64,000 nt of DNA from NCBI GenBank assembly GCA_016212825.1, contig JACRDS010000013.1:31677-95676 (forward strand), read 5' to 3'. Made by a program: the position numbers and the translations under genes. The stretch is from Elusimicrobiota bacterium. GTDB lineage: Bacteria > Elusimicrobiota > Elusimicrobia > UBA1565 > UBA9628. Positions within the stretch are counted from its first letter, which is position 1, and the number at the start of each line of letters is the position of its first letter. Shown here piece by piece: positions 40,703-49,917 of this stretch. The notes beneath the pieces are model-generated. The model was not told the origin of the DNA. It saw nothing but the letters and a program-made list of their open reading frames with translations, and ran no database searches.

Positions 40703-42577
40703 ATGACGAAGAGCCACGCCAAGGCGCACCCCCACGAGAGCCCCCACCACCCTCATTGGCCGCTGGCCGCGGCCCTCTTCCTCTTCGTCCTGCTCACGGC
40801 CGCCTACTCCGTCCACGATTCCTCCACCTGGCTGCACATCCGCAGCGGCGCCGAGATCCTTTCCCGCAAGGCCCTTCCCGCGGCCGACACCTTCTCCTAC
40901 ACCGCCTCCGGCCAGCCCTGGTCCACCGACTCCTGGCTCAGCGACGTCATCTTCCGGCACCTCGACCAGAACGGCGGGTTCCTCGCCCTGGCCGCCCTCA
41001 AGTGCGTCGTCGTCGCCGCCGCCTTCGCCCTGCTCCTGCCCCTCTCCCCGGGCAGCCCCCTGCTCGCGGCCGGCGTGCTGGCCCTGGCTGCGGCCGGGGC
41101 TTGGCCCGGGATGACCGAGACCCCCAACTTCTTCGACTTCCTGCTCCTGGCCCTCCTCGTGCGCGTGCTGCGGCCCAAGCGCCCCTTCACCTGGGGCACC
41201 ACGGCCGCAGTCGGCGTCATCATGCTCCTCTGGTCCAACCTCAACGGCTCCTCCGCCTTCCTAGGGCTGGGGCTGGTCGCCCTGAAGGTGGTCAAGACCA
41301 CCATCCACGCGGGCCGGGGCGAGCGCCTGCGCTTCGGGGCGCTCATCGCCGCGGCCCTGGCCGGGCTCGCCCTCAACCCCCAGGGCTTCGCCGTCATCCG
41401 GCACACCTTCCTCGGCGCGGAGCCCGCCTTCGCTCCGCGCTTCCCGTGGCTGAGCCTCTACGTCGCCTTCGTCCTGGCCGGAGCCGCCGCGGTCTGGGTG
41501 TGCCTGCAGCAGGAGTTCTTCCTGGCCGTGGCCGCGGCCGGCCTGCTCGGCCTCTCCCTCGTCGCGCCGGGCCTACGGTCCCTCTACATGCTGGCCGCCT
41601 GTCCCGTCATCGTCCTGGCCCTCGGGCACTTCATCCATCCCCTGCGCGACACCGCCGGCCGCGTGGCGCGCCTGGCCCTGGCCCTCGCCGCCCTCTTCGC
41701 CTGGCATTGGTACACGGTCTACACTCCCTTGAGGAGCCTCCCCGGCTACGGCCGCCCCGCGCTGGGCGGGGCGGCCAACTTCCTCAAGGCCAATGACATC
41801 CGCGGCCGCATGTTCAACGAGCCCGAGACCGGGGCCGAACTCATGGCCCTCTCGGAGCGGCCGGTCTTCGCGGACCAGCGGGCCGAGCTCTACGAACCCT
41901 CGTTCCTGAAGGAGGCCTCCCGCTGGCCGGGGCGCTTCCGGCAGCTGGCCGAGGTCTACCGCTTCGACTATGCCGTCATCCGCAACCGCCGGGCCGCCTA
42001 TCCGGCCCGCGTCCTCGACGAGGACCCCGACTGGAGGCTGGCCTACGCGGACGACGCGGCCCTGGTCTACCTGCGCCGCTCCGGGACCGCCGGCTGGCTG
42101 GTGTCCAGCGCCCCGCGGCGGCTCCTGGCGCCCAACGGGCTCTGGCCCGACGCCCTGGACCCCCTGCTGGCCAAGCCCCTGACGCGGGCCAGGGCCCTGG
42201 CCGAGCTCGACGCCTGGATCCTGCAATCCCCGGAGAGCGTCCAGCCCCTCCTGTGGAAGGCGTACGCCTTCGACCGCCTGCGCCTCTCCCCCAAGGCCGA
42301 CCGGTTCCTGGAGTTGGCGCGCGGCCGCTTGGCGGGGCGGGGCGAGCCCGAGCTTACCGCCGTCATGGCCTGCGTCCTGGAGCGGCGCGGCCGCGACGCC
42401 GAGGCCCGGCGCCTCTATCAGGGGACGGCCCGGCTGGCGCGCCGGCGCGGGGAGAGCGCCCTGGAATCCGCCGTCGGGTCGCGTCTGGCCGCCCTCTGGC
42501 GCCGGGCCGGCGACGAGGCCCGGGCGCGGCGCTGGGAGGAGCGGGCCCGGGAGCCCGCGGCCCCGGCGGCGGACTAG
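40703..42577 (+). CDS. polytopic membrane protein with C-terminal TPR-like region
   Basis: About 10 hydrophobic helices followed by a soluble helical-repeat C-terminus. Function not assignable. Confidence 0.6.
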   Translation: MTKSHAKAHPHESPHHPHWPLAAALFLFVLLTAAYSVHDSSTWLHIRSGAEILSRKALPAADTFSYTASGQPWSTDSWLSDVIFRHLDQNGGFLALAALKCVVVAAAFALLLPLSPGSPLLAAGVLALAAAGAWPGMTETPNFFDFLLLALLVRVLRPKRPFTWGTTAAVGVIMLLWSNLNGSSAFLGLGLVALKVVKTTIHAGRGERLRFGALIAAALAGLALNPQGFAVIRHTFLGAEPAFAPRFPWLSLYVAFVLAGAAAVWVCLQQEFFLAVAAAGLLGLSLVAPGLRSLYMLAACPVIVLALGHFIHPLRDTAGRVARLALALAALFAWHWYTVYTPLRSLPGYGRPALGGAANFLKANDIRGRMFNEPETGAELMALSERPVFADQRAELYEPSFLKEASRWPGRFRQLAEVYRFDYAVIRNRRAAYPARVLDEDPDWRLAYADDAALVYLRRSGTAGWLVSSAPRRLLAPNGLWPDALDPLLAKPLTRARALAELDAWILQSPESVQPLLWKAYAFDRLRLSPKADRFLELARGRLAGRGEPELTAVMACVLERRGRDAEARRLYQGTARLARRRGESALESAVGSRLAALWRRAGDEARARRWEERAREPAAPAAD

Positions 42578-42627
42578 CGCGATTCTGGACAAAGCACTCT
42601 TTCCCTGATATACTCACAACGGGCTTT

Positions 42628-43317
42628 ATGAGAAGATCCGCGGCCGTCGCGGTGTTGGCGCTGTGCGCCCTGGTCTGCGGCTGCAAGTCCCCCAAGTACG
42701 CCCTCTACACCTCGCTGAACCGCGATTTCCAGTGCGACGTGCCCTGGGCCTGGAACGTCATGTACGACTCCGAGGGGACCCATTTCACGCACGTGAACTT
42801 CATCGGGCCGTTCGAGCCCGACTTCTACCTGGGCGCCCCGAGCTACAGCGTGCGCTGGTACAGCAACTACGCCACGCACCGCCTGCGCGACGGCCGCCTG
42901 GAGATGTACGCCGGCCCCGACGACTTCATCAGGCAGACCCTCGACGGGGTCTACGGCGCGGACCGAGACCTGGTCCAGCCCGTCCATGACGTGGCCATCG
43001 ACGGGCTGAAGTTCAAGTGCTTCACCGTGGTCTCGGCCGGTCCCGCCCAGCCCGGGGCCCGCTGGGGGACGGCCGTGGACGGAATCACCAAGCAGGTCAT
43101 CAACCCCCGCCAGCACGCCTACGCGATACTTCCCATGCGCAGCGGGTTCTACGTGCTGACCTATCCGGCCACGACCGCGGCTTTCAAGACCGACCGCCTG
43201 CAGGCCTACAAGAAAGATTTCGAGCATCTGGTGAATTCCTTCGTGCCGTTCAAGGACGGCCCCGGAGGCGCGCCGCTGCCGCCGTCGGGCCGCAGCAAGC
43301 CCGCCAAGCCGGTCTGA
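42628..43317 (+). CDS. lipoprotein, unknown function
   Basis: Signal peptide with a lipobox-like LVCGC. ATG at 42628 lies inside track ORF 42253..43317. Confidence 0.55.
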   Translation: MRRSAAVAVLALCALVCGCKSPKYALYTSLNRDFQCDVPWAWNVMYDSEGTHFTHVNFIGPFEPDFYLGAPSYSVRWYSNYATHRLRDGRLEMYAGPDDFIRQTLDGVYGADRDLVQPVHDVAIDGLKFKCFTVVSAGPAQPGARWGTAVDGITKQVINPRQHAYAILPMRSGFYVLTYPATTAAFKTDRLQAYKKDFEHLVNSFVPFKDGPGGAPLPPSGRSKPAKPV

Positions 43318-43340
43318 CGGGAGTCCGCCGAGTGTCTGCC

Positions 43341-43886
43341 ATGTGCGCCGAGAAGGGACCTGCCCCCGCGCCCGCGCGAACCCGTTCGCGCACGCGCGAC
43401 GTGCGCCTGTCGGTCCGGATACAGGCCAAGCCCGCCCAGGTCTACCGCGTCCTGACCTCGGCCCGGGAGCTGTGCCGCTGGTGGCTCACCGGGGCGGAGA
43501 CCGACGCGCGCAACGCCGGCCGCCTGCGCATGGTCTGGCCCAAGCGGCCCGGCTGCCGCAGCTTCTCGGGCGAGCGCGAGGGCTGCTTCGTGGACCTCGA
43601 TCCCGAGCGCAAGGTGGCCTGGATGTGGAAGCTGGGCGCGCGCGGCAACGGCATCCCGCCCCTGTGCAGCTTCTTCCTCCTGCCCAAGGGCCGGGGCTGC
43701 GAGGTGACCCTGCTGCACGCGGGCTTCCCGCGCCGCCGGGCGGCGGACAAGGCCTTCGCCTGCTTCTCCACGGGGTGGGAGGACGCCCTGGCCAAGCTCA
43801 AGCTCTACCTGGAGACGGGCCGCACCTGCAAGCAGGAGGTCCTCACCCTCACCGGACTGCGCATCCTCCTCCGACCCCGACGGTAG
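43341..43886 (+). CDS. SRPBCC/AHSA1-like domain protein
   Basis: The patterns VRIQAKPAQVYRVLTSARELCRWW and GWEDALAKLKLYLE fit the Aha1/SRPBCC family. Confidence 0.55.
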   Translation: MCAEKGPAPAPARTRSRTRDVRLSVRIQAKPAQVYRVLTSARELCRWWLTGAETDARNAGRLRMVWPKRPGCRSFSGEREGCFVDLDPERKVAWMWKLGARGNGIPPLCSFFLLPKGRGCEVTLLHAGFPRRRAADKAFACFSTGWEDALAKLKLYLETGRTCKQEVLTLTGLRILLRPRR

Positions 43887-43965
43887 CCCGCGGGGCATGA
43901 CGGGAATCATGGCGAAAGATCGGAACATCTGCTACCCTTCTTCTCGTCCTCAGAGGAGGGCTCCC

Positions 43966-44244
43966 ATGTCAGACGATCAGGCCCATCGCGCCGCCGGCTC
44001 GCTGCAGAGCGCCTTGGAGATGTTGTTCTCCGGGACGCATGATCAGGAGGCGTTCACGCGGCTGCTCGCCGCCGCCGAGTCCGGGGACCTCCAGGGCCAG
44101 TACCTCGCCGGCATGCTCTACGCCCTCGGCAAGGGCACCGAGAAGGACCTGGGGAAATCCCTGCAATGGCTGACCCGCGCCGCGGAGCAGGGCCATCCGG
44201 ACGCGCAGTACGAGTTGTCCCAGCGCCGCGCCTCCACCAACTAG
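43966..44244 (+). CDS. Sel1-repeat protein
   Basis: GDLQGQYLAGMLYALGKGTEKDLGKSLQWLTRAAEQGHPDAQYEL is a Sel1/TPR-like repeat. ATG at 43966 with a GAGGAGG SD. Confidence 0.65.
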   Translation: MSDDQAHRAAGSLQSALEMLFSGTHDQEAFTRLLAAAESGDLQGQYLAGMLYALGKGTEKDLGKSLQWLTRAAEQGHPDAQYELSQRRASTN

Positions 44245-44265
44245 CCGGCTTGCCGGCCCCGCGTG

Positions 44266-44274
44266 TGGTATGAT
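44266..44274 (+). promoter_or_regulatory. extended -10 promoter TGGTATGAT
   Basis: TGnTATGAT lies 25 nt upstream of the ATG at 44299 (which has a GGAGGA SD). Confidence 0.4.
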
Positions 44275-44298
44275 ACTCCCACACGGATCGGAGGAGCC

Positions 44299-44730
44299 AT
44301 GATCACCGCCAGACTCATCCTCGGAGCCTCCCTGTTGCTGGGGCCCGCCGCCGCCTTCGCCGAGCCTGCCCAGCCGCGCCTGTTCCGGCCGCCGACTTTG
44401 GTGCGGGCCATCGGCTTCTCAGCCTGGTTCGAGGGCGGGCGGGTCCTCGCGACGTGGAAGAAGTACAAGCGGGCGGACTTCAAGGCTTACAAGCTCGTCC
44501 GGTCCTCCACCATGCACGACCCCGTCTATCCTGAGAACGGGGAGATCTTCTCCGCGGATAAGCCGTCCGTCACCAAGCACGTCGACGCCAAGGTCGACAC
44601 CGGCATCTGGTACTACCGCCTCTGCGTCATCACCAAGGAGAACAACCGCTGGGTCAGCCCGGTGGTGGAGATCGTGGTGAACCGGGACGCCGGGCGGGAG
44701 ACCGTGCCCTCCGCCGCAGACTTCGAATAA
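44299..44730 (+). CDS. secreted FN3/Ig-like small protein
   Basis: Signal peptide MITARLILGASLLLGPAAAFA. The beta-rich body has an FN3-like W...Y..YKLVRS...YYRLCV pattern. Confidence 0.55.
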   Translation: MITARLILGASLLLGPAAAFAEPAQPRLFRPPTLVRAIGFSAWFEGGRVLATWKKYKRADFKAYKLVRSSTMHDPVYPENGEIFSADKPSVTKHVDAKVDTGIWYYRLCVITKENNRWVSPVVEIVVNRDAGRETVPSAADFE

Positions 44731-44735
44731 AGCAG

Positions 44736-44770
44736 GAGTCCGCCTCCCTGGGACACGAGGCGGACTCTTT
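44736..44770 (+). terminator. rho-independent terminator-like hairpin
   Basis: GAGTCCGCCTC / GAGGCGGACTC is a perfect 11-bp stem with a 10-nt loop, followed by TTTG. Begins 6 nt after the stop. Confidence 0.6.
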
Positions 44771-44958
44771 GCGCTAGGCCTTGGAGGGGCGTCCTCTTCG
44801 GCTCGGCCTTCATCCGGGATCCCGTCCGGCTCGTCCCGTCCGGGTAGGAGGATGTCGACCTTGTGATGAGTGTAGCCGGGCACCGCCCCGGCCCCCAGGG
44901 CCATGGGGGGAAGTCCGTTCTGGGCCGAAAGGCCTATGTCAGCGGACCCGTGCGTTTG

Positions 44959-44967
44959 TGGTAGAAT
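44959..44967 (+). promoter_or_regulatory. extended -10 promoter TGGTAGAAT, probably giving a leaderless mRNA
   Basis: TAGAAT ends 6 nt before the GTG start at 44974. No SD is possible. Confidence 0.45.
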
Positions 44968-44973
44968 GGCACC

Positions 44974-45633
44974 GTGAACCGGCAGGCCCAGGTCGACGGT
45001 GTCGAGCGCTACATCACCTTGGAACCGCGGGCGCGCGTGCTCGACCTCGCCTGCGGCAGCGGCCGCCAGACGCTGGAGCTGGCCCGGCGGGGATACCGGG
45101 TCCTGGGCGTGGACAGCGCGGAGGGGCCGCTGGCCGAGGCCCGCGCCGCGGCCCGCCAGGAGCGGCTCAACGCCCACTTCCTCCACACCGACATCCGGCA
45201 GATCTCCTACCGCGGCGAATTCGACGCGGTGGTCAACCTGCATTCCTCCATCGGCTGCCTGCCCAACGACCGCGACCACCTGAGGGTCCTGGAAGGGGTG
45301 CGCAAGGGGCTCAAGAGCGGCGGCCGGCTCCTGCTCGACATGCCCAACAGGGAGTGGCTCATGCGGCACTCCGACCCCGGCTCCTTCGACCTCCAGACCG
45401 GCCGGCGGGCGGGACAGCGGGTCTACGCCTTGACCGAGCTCAAGGCCCTCCTGGAGCGCGCCGGCCTGGAGTGCCTCGAGGTCTGGGGCGGCTACGAGGG
45501 CGAGGCCTACGGCATGGACAGTCCGCGCATGGTCGTGCTGGCCCAGCGGGCCGCGGAGGCCGCGCCGCGCCGGCCCAAGGACGAGGGCCTGGTCTCGGCC
45601 ATCCGCATCAAGGGGCGCAGCAAGGGGAGATGA
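44974..45633 (+). CDS. class I SAM-dependent methyltransferase
   Basis: VLDLACGSGRQTLELARRGYRVLGVD is SAM-binding motif I, with the downstream motif II/III pattern. Confidence 0.8.
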   Translation: MNRQAQVDGVERYITLEPRARVLDLACGSGRQTLELARRGYRVLGVDSAEGPLAEARAAARQERLNAHFLHTDIRQISYRGEFDAVVNLHSSIGCLPNDRDHLRVLEGVRKGLKSGGRLLLDMPNREWLMRHSDPGSFDLQTGRRAGQRVYALTELKALLERAGLECLEVWGGYEGEAYGMDSPRMVVLAQRAAEAAPRRPKDEGLVSAIRIKGRSKGR

Positions 45634-46976
45634 TGAGAGGCGGCGCCGCGCAGCTGGCTTTGGCCCTGGCACTTCCCGTCGCGGCCGCCTCCAGCCCGCG
45701 CATCGACTACACGGACTTCACCTTGCCCAACGGCCTGCGCGTGCTGGTCTCCACGGACCATGCCGTGCCCGTGGCCGCGGTGTCCATGGTCTTCGACGCC
45801 GGCGCCCGCCACGAGGCGCGGGGGCGCTCCGGCTTCGCGCACCTCTTCGAGCACATGATGTTCGAGGGCTCCCAGAACGTGCCTAAGGGGGCCTTCGACC
45901 GGACCCTGGAGTCCTACGGCGGCGACAACAACGCCTCCACCCACCAGGACCTGACCTTCTACTACGAGGAGGTGCCCTCCAACGCGGTGCCCGTGGCCCT
46001 GTGGCTCGACGCGGACCGGGTCGGCGCGCTCGACGTCTCTAAGGATTCGGTCAAGAACCAGATCGAGGTGGTCAAGGAAGAGAAGCGCATGCGGGTGGAC
46101 AACAAGCCTTACGGCCCCCTGCTCGACCTCGAGATGTCATCGGGCACCTTCAGCAACTGGGCCAACGCCCATCCCGTCATAGGCTCGGCCGAGGATCTCG
46201 ATGCCGCCGGCCTTGACGACGTGCGCGACTTCTTCAAGGCCTATTACGCTCCCTCCAACGCCATCATGGCCGTGGTCGGCGACGTGGACCCCCTCGAGGT
46301 GAGGAGGTGGGTGACCGAGCTCTTCGGCCCCCTGCCGAACCGCCCCAAGCCCCCGGCGCCGGACACCGCGGAGCCTGAGCCCGGGCCGGGCCGGCGCTTC
46401 GAGGTCAAGGACGGCCAGGCCAAGCTGCCGGCCCTGGCCCTCTCCTGGAAAGGCATGCCGGCCCGCGGCACCCCGGATTTCTGCGCCCTGGTCCTGCTGG
46501 GGCAGGCCCTTTTCGACGGCAAGGGCTCGCGGCTATACCAGGAACTGGTCAAGACCGCCAAGGCCGCGGTGGACCTGAGCGGCGGCCTGGGCTTCCCGGT
46601 CAGCGACCTCTCCGACTACAAGACCCCCGCGCTCTTCGGCGCCTTCATCATCCACACGGCCGAGCGCAAGCCCGAGGAGGTCAAGGCTCTGGCCCTGGCC
46701 CAGGTCGCGCGCGTCGCGGCCCAGGGCCTGCCCGCGGTCGAACTGGGCCGGGTCAAGACCAAGTTCCGCTCGGGCTGGATCCTCGGCCAGCAGACGGCCC
46801 TGGGCCGGGCCCGGAAGCTGCTCATGGCCGCCCTGCTCGACGGAGACCCCGAGGCGGCCAACGGACTGGACCGGTACATGGCGGTGACGAGCGAGGATAT
46901 CAAGAGGGTGGCGGGGAAATACTTGAAGTCTGACCTCGCCAACACGTTCGTGCTTATACCCGGAGGGGCACAGTGA
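45630..46976 (+). CDS. M16-family zinc peptidase (active subunit)
   Basis: Signal peptide. HLFEHMMFEG is the inverted HxxEH zinc motif. Pitrilysin family architecture. Confidence 0.85.
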   Translation: MMRGGAAQLALALALPVAAASSPRIDYTDFTLPNGLRVLVSTDHAVPVAAVSMVFDAGARHEARGRSGFAHLFEHMMFEGSQNVPKGAFDRTLESYGGDNNASTHQDLTFYYEEVPSNAVPVALWLDADRVGALDVSKDSVKNQIEVVKEEKRMRVDNKPYGPLLDLEMSSGTFSNWANAHPVIGSAEDLDAAGLDDVRDFFKAYYAPSNAIMAVVGDVDPLEVRRWVTELFGPLPNRPKPPAPDTAEPEPGPGRRFEVKDGQAKLPALALSWKGMPARGTPDFCALVLLGQALFDGKGSRLYQELVKTAKAAVDLSGGLGFPVSDLSDYKTPALFGAFIIHTAERKPEEVKALALAQVARVAAQGLPAVELGRVKTKFRSGWILGQQTALGRARKLLMAALLDGDPEAANGLDRYMAVTSEDIKRVAGKYLKSDLANTFVLIPGGAQ

Positions 46977-47029
46977 GGCCTTTCGTTGAAGGGCGCGGCG
47001 GCTTTGCCGCCGCGCAACCCGCGACCCCT

Positions 47030-48445
47030 ATGAGGGGTCGCGGGTTCCGTTGGGTGGCCATGCTTTTGATGCCACTAGCGGCACCGTCTCTCTTCAGCGC
47101 CCCCATACCCTCCGTCCCCCCCATGAAGCCCTACCAGGCCCCGCCGCGCCAGGAGTGGAAGCTCCCCAACGGCCTGAAGGTCGTCCTGGTGACTGACCGG
47201 CGCTCTCCCATGGTCACGGCCAAGCTGGCGGTCCGCGCCGGCGCCGCGGCCCTGCCGGCCGAGGCCGCGGGCCTGGCCGACGCCATGGCCGAGCTCCTGA
47301 CCGACGGCACGGCCCGGCGCTCCTCCAAGGCCGTCGCCGACGCGGCGGACGAGTACGGTGGCCGCATCGCCGCGGCCGCCGGGCCGGACGACGTCGTGCT
47401 GGAGAGCTACTGCCTCTCCGAGCACGCCGGGAAGATGCTGGCCCTCATGTCGGAGGTCGCGCTCTCCCCCTCGTTCCCCGAGAGCGAGGTGGCCCTGCGG
47501 CGCAAGAACATGCAGGACGAGCTCAACGTCGAGCGCTCCGAGCCGGACTTCCTGGCCTCCGTGGCCTTCCATAAGAAGCTCTTCGGCGCCCACCCCTACG
47601 CCGTGACCGCCCCGACCGACGCCTCCATCAAGCGCATCAGCCGGGCCCGCGTGGCCAAGGCCCACAGGCGCCTCTTCACCCCGCGCAGCGCCCTGCTGGT
47701 CCTGGTCGGCGACATCCGGCTCGCCCAGGCCAAGGTCCTGGTGCGCGACAGCTTCGGCGGTTGGCGGGGGGAGCCGGGCCCGGCGGCCGCTCCCGCCGTG
47801 ACCAGCCGGCCCCGGGTGCGGCGCGTCTACGTGGTGGACCGCCCCGGCTCCGTGCAGGCCTCCCTGTTCCTGGGGAACCTGGCCATCCGCGAGGACCATC
47901 CGTCCTACTTCGACTTCCTCCTGGCCAACCAGGTCTTGGGCGGCAGCTTCTCCTCCCGCCTGGTGTCGGACATCCGCGAGAGCAAGGGCTACACCTACCG
48001 CATCGGCAGCCGCATCGACACCTTTCTCACCACCGGGGTCTTCCGCGTGCGCACCCCGGTGCGCAACGAGGTGGTCAGGCCGGCCCTGGAGGCCATCCTC
48101 TCCCACCTTGACCGCATCCGCCGCAAGCAGGTGAGCCCCGAGGAGCTGGCCCAGGCCAAGAACTATCTGGCCGGGAGTTTCGCGCGCGGCCTGGAGACCC
48201 AGGAGGGTCTGGCTTCGGCGCTGCTGCACGTCAAGCTGCGCCGTCTGCCGGACGACTACCTCGACACCTTCGTGCCCAAGGTCCAGGCCGTGGACGCCGC
48301 GGGAGTGCTGCGCGCCGCCGAGACCTTCATCCGGCCCGAGGAGATGGTGCTGGTGGCCGTGGGTGACGGCGCCCGCATCCGGGGCGACGTGGGCCAGTTC
48401 TCCTCCGAGCCCCTCGAGATGGCCGACCTGGACGGCAACCGATGA
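47030..48445 (+). CDS. M16-family peptidase, non-catalytic partner
   Basis: Homologous fold pattern (LPNGLKVVLVTD...) without HxxEH. The start is uncertain (GTG at 46973 is possible). Confidence 0.7.
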   Translation: MRGRGFRWVAMLLMPLAAPSLFSAPIPSVPPMKPYQAPPRQEWKLPNGLKVVLVTDRRSPMVTAKLAVRAGAAALPAEAAGLADAMAELLTDGTARRSSKAVADAADEYGGRIAAAAGPDDVVLESYCLSEHAGKMLALMSEVALSPSFPESEVALRRKNMQDELNVERSEPDFLASVAFHKKLFGAHPYAVTAPTDASIKRISRARVAKAHRRLFTPRSALLVLVGDIRLAQAKVLVRDSFGGWRGEPGPAAAPAVTSRPRVRRVYVVDRPGSVQASLFLGNLAIREDHPSYFDFLLANQVLGGSFSSRLVSDIRESKGYTYRIGSRIDTFLTTGVFRVRTPVRNEVVRPALEAILSHLDRIRRKQVSPEELAQAKNYLAGSFARGLETQEGLASALLHVKLRRLPDDYLDTFVPKVQAVDAAGVLRAAETFIRPEEMVLVAVGDGARIRGDVGQFSSEPLEMADLDGNR

Positions 48446-49917
48446 CGCGGAGGGCCGCGCCGTTCTCCGACTCCGTCCTGCCCGCCGTCTGCGCCGCGCT
48501 GGGCCTGGCCGCCTTCGCCTGGGTCGACCGGCTGCCCGCGGCGGCCGACTACGTGGTCCCCCGGCATCCGGGCTGGGGGCTCTTCTCCCTGGGCCTGGCC
48601 GCGGCCGGCGGACCAGGCGGTCGGGCCGTCACCATCGCGGCCCTCCTCCTGCTGGCTGCGGCCCTGGCGCTGCTGGCGCGGGGGTTCTGGCGGTCTCTGG
48701 GCTCTCCCGAGGAGCGCCGGCACCTGTGGACTCCGCGCGGCGTCCTGGTCCTGGCCGCCGGGGTCGTGGCGCTGGCCGGGGCCGCGCGGCTGGCTTCCGC
48801 GGTGTGGTTCGACCTGCTCTTCAATTCCTGGTTCGACCCGGGCGGCGCTGACCCCCGCGAAACCATCCTCGCCGGGCTGGGCGCGCTCTGGGTCGTGTTC
48901 TGGCTCGGCGCGGCCCTGTCCTTCTGGGCCCGCCGCCTGGCGGGAGGCGGGGCCGCGGCCCTGGCAAGCGGCGCCGGGTGCGCCGCGGCCTTGCTGGTCC
49001 CGGCCCTGGCCCTCTACGTTTGGGCGGTTGCCGCCTGCGACGCTCGCGCCGCGAGCCTGGCCCGCGCGGCCGGGATACCGGCCGACCCGTCCGGCCGCGA
49101 GACCCTCCTGGTCCTGACCGCGGAGCCGAGAGGGGCGGGCTCCCAGGTCTACGACGTCCCGTTCGGGATGCCGGGGGTGGCCGACCTCTCGGGCCGGAGC
49201 CTCCAGGCCCTGGAGGGCTACCTGGCCCGCCGGCCGCGCTCGGTTTACCGCCAGCAGGCCCAGAGGCTGCTCTGGGAAGGCTATTCCCGGCGCCAGGACG
49301 TGGGCCGCCTGCGCCAGAGCCTGCTGGCCTCGGCGCGCGACGGCGACGCCCTAGCCTGGCTGATCCTGGCGGACCATCTCTCCAGCGCGCCGCCGGACGC
49401 CCTGGCCGTGAGCCTGCTCGACGAGCTGGCCGACGAGAGGCGCTGGCGCGTCGGCGGCCGCGCCGCCCTGCTCCTGGCAGCCGCCTACGCGCACCTCGGC
49501 CTGCCCGAGCGGGCCGGGGAGTGGGGCCGCCGCGGCGCCGCGGCCCTGGGCATGCCGGTCGAGCTCGTCCCCACGCCCCCGCGGGGCGGGGCTCTGCGGC
49601 CCGGCGCCATCGGCGCGACCCTCCGGGGACCGCGCTGCGCGCGCGCCGCGCTCTACGCGCGGCAGGGGGTCCAGGAGCCCTACTCCCTGAGCCCTAACCG
49701 CCTGGTGGCGGCGGTCCCATGCGGCGCGCGGGGAGGGGCCCGTTTCGGAGGGCTCGCCGCCGGGGACTACTACATGGCCTTCTCATTCCCGCCCGGCGCG
49801 CTGTCCGCGCGCAGCGGGGACCTTGTCGTGCGCGGGCATCGGGGCGACATCAGGCTCTCGGTGCGGCAGCCTGCGGCCCGGGTCGAGCTGGACATCTCAG
49901 GAGGACGCGCGCCATGA
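48442..49917 (+). CDS. membrane protein, unknown function
   Basis: Several N-terminal TM helices and an Ala/Arg-rich soluble part. ATGA overlaps at both ends. Confidence 0.5.
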   Translation: MTRRAAPFSDSVLPAVCAALGLAAFAWVDRLPAAADYVVPRHPGWGLFSLGLAAAGGPGGRAVTIAALLLLAAALALLARGFWRSLGSPEERRHLWTPRGVLVLAAGVVALAGAARLASAVWFDLLFNSWFDPGGADPRETILAGLGALWVVFWLGAALSFWARRLAGGGAAALASGAGCAAALLVPALALYVWAVAACDARAASLARAAGIPADPSGRETLLVLTAEPRGAGSQVYDVPFGMPGVADLSGRSLQALEGYLARRPRSVYRQQAQRLLWEGYSRRQDVGRLRQSLLASARDGDALAWLILADHLSSAPPDALAVSLLDELADERRWRVGGRAALLLAAAYAHLGLPERAGEWGRRGAAALGMPVELVPTPPRGGALRPGAIGATLRGPRCARAALYARQGVQEPYSLSPNRLVAAVPCGARGGARFGGLAAGDYYMAFSFPPGALSARSGDLVVRGHRGDIRLSVRQPAARVELDISGGRAP

